From positions 1-24,075 of IMG/VR virus record IMGVR_UViG_3300049194_000074: DNA of 24,075 nt. One strand, given 5' to 3'. The translations under genes and the position numbers were made by a program. This DNA comes from a virus (lineage: Duplodnaviria; Caudoviricetes). The notes under the pieces are model-generated. The model had not been told where the DNA came from, made no database searches, and was given only the letters and a program-made list of their open reading frames with translations. This document shows positions 16,126 through 22,294 of the stretch, one piece after another; within the stretch, counting starts at the first letter, position 1; every line of letters begins with the position of its first letter.

Positions 16126-16320
16126 TCAGCCGAAGAACCGCCACTCCAGAGCCACCAGCCCCACACCGCCAGCGATCACCCCGGCCGGGAAGTAGATCAG
16201 CCCCACCCCCACAGCCACCAGCGCCACAGCCGCCACGGCCAGCAGCCCCGACCCGATCGCCGCCCACGCCCCCGGCGCGAGCCGAGGCAACAGAGTCTTG
16301 TTCATGGTGTTGTTCCTCAT
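16126..16320 (-). CDS. Small membrane protein (64 aa)
   Basis: Two hydrophobic segments around IYFPAGVIAGGV; GAGG before ATG; a small TM gene between terL and portal is a familiar arrangement. Confidence 0.75.
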   Translation of the reverse strand: MRNNTMNKTLLPRLAPGAWAAIGSGLLAVAAVALVAVGVGLIYFPAGVIAGGVGLVALEWRFFG

Positions 16321-16355
16321 CGCTGCCTCTTCATCGGGTAATGTCAGCACCGCTG

Positions 16356-16502
16356 GTTCAGCACCCGCGCGTTGCGTCGCACGGGTGGTGAACTGCCTCC
16401 AGCAGGGCCCCTGACTTAGGAACACATGCGCGTGCTTCGGTCAGGGGCCCTGCCTCAAGACCGGGGCCCTTTCCGGGAGACGGCGCCCCAGGGGCCCCCG
16501 GC
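16356..16502 (-). other. Structured intergenic region with three consecutive hairpins
   Basis: Perfect 14-bp inverted repeat at 16402-16415/16440-16453; second stem 16356-16393; third GC-rich imperfect stem at about 16459-16502. Confidence 0.6.
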
Positions 16503-16504
16503 CT

Positions 16505-18013
16505 TCACCTCAGCACCCGGATCCTCGGCTTCGCCCCGTTGAAGTAGGCCAGCAGCAACGCGTCCGCGTTGTCCGGCGACCGCCCGATCCGCTCACGGAT
16601 CTTGTCCTTCGGCTCCACGATGATCCGCCCCTTGGTGTCCAGCTCCCAGCGGGGAACCAGCAGCTGAGCCGCCGTGATGTCACCGTTGTCCATCCGCGAC
16701 AGATCCCAGCCACCCTGAGCCGACAGCTCACGGCCGATCGTCCACCACATCTCCGCACGGAGATTGGCGAACTTCTTCTTGTCGCGCGGGTTCTCACTGA
16801 CGTTCACCCCGATGATCCGGGCACTGTGCTCCCCCCGCGACGCGGCGTTGCGCAGCTCACCGATCACACCGAACCCGACACCGATCGAGTCGATCTTCAC
16901 CGCCGTCGCACCCGACTCACGAATCGCCCGCAGCACCAACGGCGCGATCTTCTCCGGCCGGTCCGTACGGATCCGCCACTCACGCCCCGCCAGCACACCA
17001 CGCCGCTCCCGGACCACCGTCTCGTCCAGACCACCACCGACGTCCACACCCAGCTCAACCGGCGACAGATCAGCAGGGGAATACACGGCCTCGGTGTCCG
17101 TCCGGCACGTCGCCACATCCGAAGAACGCACCACCGTGTCCGCCGCGTCAAGCGTGAACTCACCCTCGACCTTCGACCGGAACAACGCGTTCTCGGTACC
17201 CCACTCGGTCTTCTTCTCCTCGACCCACTCTTTCGAGATGAGCGAGACAGCCACAATCTCCGGAACCTTCTCACCGGTAAAATTCGGCGTGTCATACGCC
17301 GAAATCCGCACCGAGTTCCACCCCGACCCCGGCTGCGACACCTTGTAGAAGTGCGTCGCCGAGTTATCAGGGTTCCCGATAGCCAGAATGCGACACCACG
17401 GACCCGTCGTAATCGCCTCAGCACCGATCCACAGCGACTCCGGAATACCACACGCCTCGTCCAGAACCACCAGAACATACGGCGCGTGAATACCCTGGAA
17501 AGCGGACTCGTCCGCATCCGCAGGCTTCCGGCCGAAAGCGACGAGTTCCTCATCGATCAGCCACTCGACCTGATTCACACGACCCGGCAGACCAGCCGAC
17601 TTATGCATACGCCGGATGTACCGCCACAGAATCGCCCGCACCTGAGCCGACGTCGGCGCCGTCGTCACCACGAACGCCTCACCCGGCGGGTGAGCATCCA
17701 GCCACCAGCTCACCACCAGCGAGGCCACGTGGCTCTTCCCGGCACCGTGGCACGACCGAACGGCCGTCTTGCGGTGATCCCGGACGCTCTCCATGATCTC
17801 CCGCTGCTTCGACCAGACCATCTGCCCCAGCCGGTCCTGCACCCACGACGCCGGATTCTGCGCCCACCGATCCGCACGCTCCGACGCCTGCCGCCGGTCC
17901 ACCGCAGCCTTCAACTGCGCATGCACCAGCTTCAACCGCTTGGTGTCACCGGTGCGAACCAGCCGGTCGACCTGCGCCTTCAGCTGCGCGATGTCGAGCT
18001 GCTGCTCAGTCAA
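16505..18013 (-). CDS. terL: Terminase large subunit (502 aa)
   Basis: Walker A-like RSCHGAGKS, Walker B LVVLDEA, IGNP coupling motif, nuclease GVDVGGG, KIDSIGVG, FANLRAE, SPDNADAL; TTG start overlapping the upstream gene. Confidence 0.95.
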   Translation of the reverse strand: MTEQQLDIAQLKAQVDRLVRTGDTKRLKLVHAQLKAAVDRRQASERADRWAQNPASWVQDRLGQMVWSKQREIMESVRDHRKTAVRSCHGAGKSHVASLVVSWWLDAHPPGEAFVVTTAPTSAQVRAILWRYIRRMHKSAGLPGRVNQVEWLIDEELVAFGRKPADADESAFQGIHAPYVLVVLDEACGIPESLWIGAEAITTGPWCRILAIGNPDNSATHFYKVSQPGSGWNSVRISAYDTPNFTGEKVPEIVAVSLISKEWVEEKKTEWGTENALFRSKVEGEFTLDAADTVVRSSDVATCRTDTEAVYSPADLSPVELGVDVGGGLDETVVRERRGVLAGREWRIRTDRPEKIAPLVLRAIRESGATAVKIDSIGVGFGVIGELRNAASRGEHSARIIGVNVSENPRDKKKFANLRAEMWWTIGRELSAQGGWDLSRMDNGDITAAQLLVPRWELDTKGRIIVEPKDKIRERIGRSPDNADALLLAYFNGAKPRIRVLR

Positions 18014-18221
18014 CGGGCTCGTCCGACCGCAGAATCAGCGTGACCAGGTCCGTCTTGAACGCCGCGACGGACAGGTGGAAAGCATCCTTGAACACGGTGA
18101 ACGCACCCTGCTCCTGGAAGTACGCCGCCTCGACCGGCTCGTGCTCGAACTCCGCGCCCCCCGTGGTGCTCAGCGTGTGCACGGTGTAGGTGAACGTGGG
18201 CAGGTCAGCGGTCTTCGACAT
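18006..18221 (-). CDS. Hypothetical protein (71 aa)
   Basis: GAGGAG RBS; overlaps the terL start by 8 nt. Confidence 0.75.
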   Translation of the reverse strand: MSKTADLPTFTYTVHTLSTTGGAEFEHEPVEAAYFQEQGAFTVFKDAFHLSVAAFKTDLVTLILRSDEPVD

Positions 18222-18272
18222 GAGGGCTCCTCATTCTTGTGATCGATCTGCTAGGGTTCTTCTCACGGCCCC

Positions 18273-18599
18273 TCAAAGCCGTCTGAGGAGCGGCCCCTCC
18301 AGGCTTTCTGGAGGGGCTGTTTCGTCTTCCTCCACGAGCCACCACATCGGCGGGTCGTACTCCATCGGCGCGATCCGCATCTCGCACGGAAACGTCTCCG
18401 TCGCCGCGTCGTACAGCAACGTCCCGCTCGGCGACCGCTTGTACGCCGCGTACTCGATCCACCAGGCCTCACCGTCCGAGCGCACATAGATCAGCGACGG
18501 ATACGGCACATCACCCGGCCGGACCCCGTTGAACTGCATCCAGCTGGCCAGCTCCGACGAACGCGGCGCCTTCACCCGGTAGTTGACCGCCCCGGCCAT
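18273..18599 (-). CDS. Hypothetical protein (108 aa)
   Basis: TGATG coupling to the upstream gene; MAGAVNYRVKAPRSSELASWMQFNG...; aromatic-rich. Confidence 0.75.
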   Translation of the reverse strand: MAGAVNYRVKAPRSSELASWMQFNGVRPGDVPYPSLIYVRSDGEAWWIEYAAYKRSPSGTLLYDAATETFPCEMRIAPMEYDPPMWWLVEEDETAPPESLEGPLLRRL

Positions 18600-18931
18600 C
18601 AGGAACTCACCGCATACACGTGAGCCACCCTCAGCAGCCCGTGCCGCGAGGGGTGCGGATCCCACACCACCTCGCCGTCGGCCATCACCACGGCGTGGAA
18701 CGTGCCCCGGACCGTCGGCCCGACCGCGATCCCTGTCACGCCCGGCCCCGCCAGCACCTGACGGACCGTGTAGCCGTGGTCCTCCATGAAGGTCCAGAAC
18801 CGGACCTCCCAGTCGGAGTGGAGGATGAAGTGCGGCACCTCCTCCAGCGGCAGATCCAGCAAGCTGGCCACCGCCGCCTGAAGGCAGTTCCCCGTACCCG
18901 GACCGGTGTCCGTCTGTGTAACCTCAGACAT
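18599..18931 (-). CDS. Minimal papain-fold (peptidase C39-like) protein (110 aa)
   Basis: Q6, GNC16LQAAVASLL, H79AVV, WD91P give the oxyanion Gln and Cys-His-Asp order; TGATG-coupled on both sides. Confidence 0.65.
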   Translation of the reverse strand: MSEVTQTDTGPGTGNCLQAAVASLLDLPLEEVPHFILHSDWEVRFWTFMEDHGYTVRQVLAGPGVTGIAVGPTVRGTFHAVVMADGEVVWDPHPSRHGLLRVAHVYAVSS

Positions 18932-19146
18932 CACAGATCCGGAAGATCCAGCGCCGCACGCACCGCGCAGTCCTTGGCCTCCAGCAGCTTCCGCAGGCAC
19001 GCCGTCTTCTCCGGCCCCTCGGGCAGGATGTGCAGAACGACGTCGGCCGCGACAGCGAAGTGCCGGGAGACATGCTGTAGCTTTTGCGGCAGGTGTTGGT
19101 ACTCGAAATACCGCATAAGGTTCTCTGAACGCATGCGTTCGGTCAT
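18931..19146 (-). CDS. Small helical-hairpin phage protein, candidate Acb2/Tad1-like (71 aa)
   Basis: AGGAG RBS; RYFEYQHLP...LPEGPEKTACLRKLLEAKDCAVRAAL. The gene call is solid; the family call is from recalled pattern only. Confidence 0.5.
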   Translation of the reverse strand: MTERMRSENLMRYFEYQHLPQKLQHVSRHFAVAADVVLHILPEGPEKTACLRKLLEAKDCAVRAALDLPDL

Positions 19147-19182
19147 GACGGTTCTCCTGGTGATGAGGGAAAGCAAAAGAAC

Positions 19183-19256
19183 TGGCAGGAGCTGGAGGAG
19201 TCGAACCCCCGATTGCCGCTTTGGAGACGGCCGTGTTGCCGCTACACCAAGCCCCC
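19183..19256 (-). tRNA. trnW: tRNA-Trp (anticodon CCA), 74 nt, with encoded 3' CCA
   Basis: GGGGGCT/AGCTCCT acceptor stem, GTGT/ACAC D-stem, GCCGT-CT-CCA-AA-GCGGC anticodon arm, GGGGG-TTCGACT-CCTCC T-arm, discriminator G then CCA. Confidence 0.95.
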
Positions 19257-19271
19257 GAGAAAGCAGGGAAA

Positions 19272-19433
19272 ATGAGCAGTCACTGGAAGTTCGAGGTCCA
19301 CGTCAAGACACCCGGCGAGAGGGACGATGAAGAGGCGACGGTTCAGCTGCTCGTCGACCTGATCCGGGCCACGACAGGACGCGTCGCCCGCGATGACCTC
19401 GCCATCACCGTCGGCGACTTCGAGCGGAACTAG
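19272..19433 (+). CDS. Hypothetical protein (53 aa)
   Basis: MSSHWKFEVHVKTPGERDDEEATVQLLVDLIRATTGRVARDDLAITVGDFERN; AGGGA upstream; GC-rich third positions. Confidence 0.6.
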   Translation: MSSHWKFEVHVKTPGERDDEEATVQLLVDLIRATTGRVARDDLAITVGDFERN

Positions 19434-19498
19434 CGCCGCCAGCCGGACAGCGCGATGAGTCCGACCCCAATCAGCAGAATGATCTGGAACAGGGACAC
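19430..19498 (-). CDS. 22-aa single-TM hydrophobic peptide (not in the ORF track)
   Basis: GGGAGGT RBS, GGAGG 5 nt before GTG; MSLFQIILLIGVGLIALSGWRR; TAG shared in a CTAG overlap with the convergent gene. Confidence 0.55.
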   Translation of the reverse strand: MSLFQIILLIGVGLIALSGWRR

Positions 19499-19521
19499 AA
19501 CGACCTCCCAAAGGAGCGGTG

Positions 19522-19677
19522 ATGGGTAGGTGCCGCAAGGCGTCGAAGAGACGTCGTCAGCCGGAGTGTTCTTGGTGCGAGCACACCGTCCGTCGTGGTG
19601 TCGAGCAGCACCTGAAGAGGTGCCAGGTGTTCAGACGGGAGCAAGATGAGGAAGATCAAAAAGCGGAGCCTGCGTAA
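19522..19677 (+). CDS. Small C2HC Zn-finger-like protein (51 aa; not in the ORF track)
   Basis: AAGGAG RBS; MGRCRKASKRRRQPECSWCEHTVRRGVEQHLKRCQVF... (CxxC...HxxxC). Confidence 0.6.
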   Translation: MGRCRKASKRRRQPECSWCEHTVRRGVEQHLKRCQVFRREQDEEDQKAEPA

Positions 19678-19789
19678 CGCGTGGCGCAGGCAGCACAAGC
19701 GGGCGCCCCGCCGCGAGATCGGTCGCACACCGAACTGGGTGATTCAGGAGCGTCGGGAACGCCGTCGCCTCGATGAGGAAAGTGAGTGA
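19646..19789 (+). CDS. Small highly basic protein (47 aa; not in the ORF track)
   Basis: GGGAG before ATG; MRKIKKRSLRNAWRRQHKRAPRREIGRTPNWVIQERRERRRLDEESE; overlaps the previous ORF. Confidence 0.5.
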   Translation: MRKIKKRSLRNAWRRQHKRAPRREIGRTPNWVIQERRERRRLDEESE

Positions 19790-19805
19790 GGCCCTGTCAA
19801 CCCTG

Positions 19806-19853
19806 GGTTTACTGAAGTTACAGTAAGCTGCCTTACAGAGACTTCAGTCAACC
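19806..19853. repeat. AT-rich imperfect inverted repeat, candidate recombination (lox-like) or operator site
   Basis: GGTTTACTGAAGTTACAGTAAG-ctgc-CTTACAGAGACTTCAGTCAACC; 18 of 22 positions symmetric; directly upstream of the recombinase operon. Confidence 0.7.
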
Positions 19854-19865
19854 GAAGGTAGACAG

Positions 19866-20144
19866 ATGCAAGTCAACCCTGAGCCTCTGAAGATCGTCAC
19901 CCATCGAGCAGGCGAGGATCCGCCGAAGCCGTTGTTCATGGTCGATCGGATCTTCTCGCAACGCACGGGCCATGTGCGCCGGATCAGCGTCCATCGAGAT
20001 GGCTGCCCGCGCACGCCACGCGACTGCTATCCGAAGCCGCGAAGCAGCGAATGGGTGGCGGTCGCCCTGGCGAAGGCCGACGAGCACGGCGCGGAGCAGG
20101 CGATTAGCTGCCCTGTGTGCGGAGGATGGTCGGTGAGTCCATGA
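19866..20144 (+). CDS. Hypothetical metal-binding protein (92 aa) coupled to the recombinase
   Basis: AAGGT RBS; HRDGC...CPVC; ATGA overlap with the recombinase start. Confidence 0.7.
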   Translation: MQVNPEPLKIVTHRAGEDPPKPLFMVDRIFSQRTGHVRRISVHRDGCPRTPRDCYPKPRSSEWVAVALAKADEHGAEQAISCPVCGGWSVSP

Positions 20145-21178
20145 CCGCTCTCGTTAGGATCGCTCCTGACGAAGAATCTGACGACCTGTCAGTCTTTCGT
20201 CCCGAGCGGCGTGCCCGGCTGACCGGTCAGGCCAAGGAGTGGCTGCACAAGTCCGTCCCTAAGGAGACGTTCAAGGCGTACAAGCGCGAATGGGACAAGT
20301 TCCTCGCGTGGTGCGCGTACAACGACGTCGGCCCACTGCCGGTCCTCTCGGACCACCTGACGAACTGGGTCGCCGAGCGCGCGAACGCCGGACACTCGAT
20401 CAGCATCATCGAGCAGGGCATCTCGGCCGTGGTCTTTTTCCACGACCAGTACAACGTCGCCGAGAAACACATGCCGGACCGTACCGATGCCTGGCGGGTG
20501 CTCAGCGCGTACCGGCGTTCGCTCATCGACTCCGGCTGGCGTCCGGACGAGGCCGCCACCTACACCGTCGACCAGCTGCGGGCGATGGTCGCGACGATCC
20601 CCGATGACACCGCTCTCGGGATCCGGGACCGGGCCGCGCTGCTCGTCGCCACCGGGGCGTTCGCACGCCGGTCCCAGCTCGTGGGCCTCGACATCGGGGA
20701 CACCCACTTCAGCCGGGGCCGCGTCGTTCTGCACATCGTGAAGAGCAAGGAAGACCAGCAGGCGCGCGGGCGCAAGCTCGTCATCGACCCCGGCGCGCAT
20801 CCGCAGTCCGACCCTGTCGGGGCGCTGCGGGAGTGGGTGAACACCCTCAGTGCCCGAGGCATCCGTAGCGGTCCGTTGTTCCGGCAGACGCGGACGAACA
20901 CCACGCCGCTCGGGTACAGCATCCTCGACTACCGGCTGGAGGGCCGGTGGCTGGGCCGGGTGGTGAAGAACGCGGTCCGGGAGGCGGGTATCTCGGCGCC
21001 GTCGGGGCGTACCTACCGGGCGCACTCGACGCGGGCGTCGGGGGCGACGATGGCGTTCCGTGCGGGCAAGCCGTCGGCGGCCATCGCCGCTCATGGCGGG
21101 TGGTCGCCGAAGGGGACCCAGCATCACACGTACAACAGGCCGGAAGACCAGGAGAGCGTGACGGAGGGGCTGTTGTAG
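20141..21178 (+). CDS. Cre-like tyrosine recombinase (345 aa)
   Basis: N-terminal TFKAYKREWDKFLAWC; RDRAALL...ARRSQL (Arg), KSKEDQ (Lys), GPLFR, HSTR (HxxR), GGW (Trp in place of the second His, as in Cre), HTYNR (Tyr). Confidence 0.9.
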   Translation: MTALVRIAPDEESDDLSVFRPERRARLTGQAKEWLHKSVPKETFKAYKREWDKFLAWCAYNDVGPLPVLSDHLTNWVAERANAGHSISIIEQGISAVVFFHDQYNVAEKHMPDRTDAWRVLSAYRRSLIDSGWRPDEAATYTVDQLRAMVATIPDDTALGIRDRAALLVATGAFARRSQLVGLDIGDTHFSRGRVVLHIVKSKEDQQARGRKLVIDPGAHPQSDPVGALREWVNTLSARGIRSGPLFRQTRTNTTPLGYSILDYRLEGRWLGRVVKNAVREAGISAPSGRTYRAHSTRASGATMAFRAGKPSAAIAAHGGWSPKGTQHHTYNRPEDQESVTEGLL

Positions 21179-21235
21179 CTGCTATCGTCGAATCGGTCGA
21201 GGGGCTCGAACCTCAGTGGGTCCGGGCCATCCTTT

Positions 21236-21274
21236 GAAGAGGCTCTGTCGCTGTGGTGGCGACAGAGCCTCTTC
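21236..21274. terminator. Strong hairpin between convergent genes, probable terminator
   Basis: Perfect 16-bp stem GAAGAGGCTCTGTCGC-tgtggtg-GCGACAGAGCCTCTTC; GTTTGT follows on the plus strand. Confidence 0.8.
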
Positions 21275-21279
21275 GTTTG

Positions 21280-21390
21280 TCAGAGGGCGTACTCGCGGTG
21301 GCGGAAGATCCGGTCGCGGAACTGCCACCAGGTGGTGTACATGACGCGGCCGGTCGGTGAGACGTAGGTGGTGCGGTGGAAACGCAGCAT
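21280..21390 (-). CDS. Hypothetical microprotein (36 aa; not in the ORF track)
   Basis: MLRFHRTTYVSPTGRVMYTTWWQFRDRIFRHREYAL; AAGGAG RBS and TGATG coupling. Confidence 0.7.
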   Translation of the reverse strand: MLRFHRTTYVSPTGRVMYTTWWQFRDRIFRHREYAL

Positions 21391-21512
21391 CACGTGGCTC
21401 CTTGCGGGTTCGCGAGGCGGGCGCGTGCTTCGCGCAGGCAGTCGGTGTACTTGCGGCCGGTGGCGGCCTGGATCTCGCGGGCGAGCTTCTGCTCGGGGGT
21501 GCGTGCGGGCAT
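21390..21512 (-). CDS. Hypothetical microprotein (40 aa)
   Basis: MPARTPEQKLAREIQAATGRKYTDCLREARARLANPQGAT; TGATG-coupled on both sides. Confidence 0.7.
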   Translation of the reverse strand: MPARTPEQKLAREIQAATGRKYTDCLREARARLANPQGAT

Positions 21513-21937
21513 CAGGCCACCCACTGACCGGCGGCCTTGATGCGTGTGGCGTGGTCCAGGCGCCGGTACTTCAGTTCGGTGGTGTGGCCGTCCCACGTAT
21601 CCCCGCCCGGTGCCACGTGAGGGAACAGGTCGAGGTCGTCGGGTGCGATGTACCAGCAGGCCTGCCCGGTCGGCAGGCTGATGAACAGCACCGGCCAGTC
21701 GGGCTCGGCGGGGTCGCTCTGGAAGTGCGAGGGGTAGATGGCGGCGAGGTGGGCGAGCAGGTGTGCCCGCTCACGGTAGACGCCCCTGCTGGGATCGGTG
21801 ACCGCGCTGGTGCGCTTGCGTTCCCTGTATGCGCCCTGACGGCACTTCGGGGAGCAGTACTGGCGTTGGGGGCCGCGCGATGGCTGCGGCAGCGGCTCTT
21901 TCTCGCAGTACGCGCACAGTCGCTGCATGTCATTCAT
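21512..21937 (-). CDS. Zn-finger (CxxC...YCSxxC) protein with a C-terminal WDGHT-motif domain (141 aa)
   Basis: CAYC...YCSPKCRQGAYRER; YRERAHL...LPTGQACW...WDGHTTELKYRRL. Confidence 0.8.
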   Translation of the reverse strand: MNDMQRLCAYCEKEPLPQPSRGPQRQYCSPKCRQGAYRERKRTSAVTDPSRGVYRERAHLLAHLAAIYPSHFQSDPAEPDWPVLFISLPTGQACWYIAPDDLDLFPHVAPGGDTWDGHTTELKYRRLDHATRIKAAGQWVA

Positions 21938-22092
21938 CAGGCGTCCAGGAAGGTCATGAGGACCGTGGTGACCAGTTCGAAGGCCCGGTGTTCGGGGAAG
22001 CCCGCGTCCATGTAGGCGGTGTACATCTCGTGGAGTTGTACGGCGCTGGCGGCGAGGTCGGTCAGGGGTGTCTCGGGCATCTCGTTACTCAT
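21937..22092 (-). CDS. Hypothetical microprotein (51 aa; not in the ORF track)
   Basis: MSNEMPETPLTDLAASAVQLHEMYTAYMDAGFPEHRAFELVTTVLMTFLDA; GGAGG RBS; overlaps both neighbours. Confidence 0.75.
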   Translation of the reverse strand: MSNEMPETPLTDLAASAVQLHEMYTAYMDAGFPEHRAFELVTTVLMTFLDA

Positions 22093-22294
22093 TGCCGTCC
22101 TCCGCGTCGTCGGTGAAGGTGACGTCGAGGGTGCGGACGATCTCGGTGCCGAGGCGGTGCCGTGCGGTGAGCTTGTAGTCGCTGCGCAGGTGGGGCAGGG
22201 ACCACGAGTACCGGGGGATGGGGAGGGTCACGGTGACCGTCTGGCCGTTGACCACCGTGGAGGCGGTGAGCAGGACGGTGTCGCTGCCGGTCAT
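22085..22294 (-). CDS. Hypothetical protein (69 aa)
   Basis: ATGA overlap with the upstream stop; AGGAG RBS; MTGSDTVLLTASTVVNGQ.... The track's 338-aa version is an over-extension. Confidence 0.7.
   Translation of the reverse strand: MTGSDTVLLTASTVVNGQTVTVTLPIPRYSWSLPHLRSDYKLTARHRLGTEIVRTLDVTFTDDAEDGNE

Noticed and set aside
19183-19256. tRNA as the attB/attL site of the nearby recombinase
   Set aside because: Phage genes continue on both sides, the 3' end faces away from the recombinase, and no duplicate of the 3' end was seen in the window.
19795-19800. Perfect TTGACA on the minus strand as the tRNA/terL promoter
   Set aside because: No credible -10 hexamer at 16-19 nt spacing.
20141-21178. 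Recombinase as a protelomerase acting on the 22936-22994 palindrome
   Set aside because: Size and motifs (KSKxDQ, HSxR, GGW) are Cre-like, and the palindrome has an asymmetric 7-nt centre, unlike telRL-type sites.
21195-21215. T-arm-like GAGGTTCGAGCCCCTC on the minus strand after the recombinase
   Set aside because: The stem/loop register is wrong for a T-arm, there are no other arms or CCA, and it does not match the tRNA-Trp 3' end.
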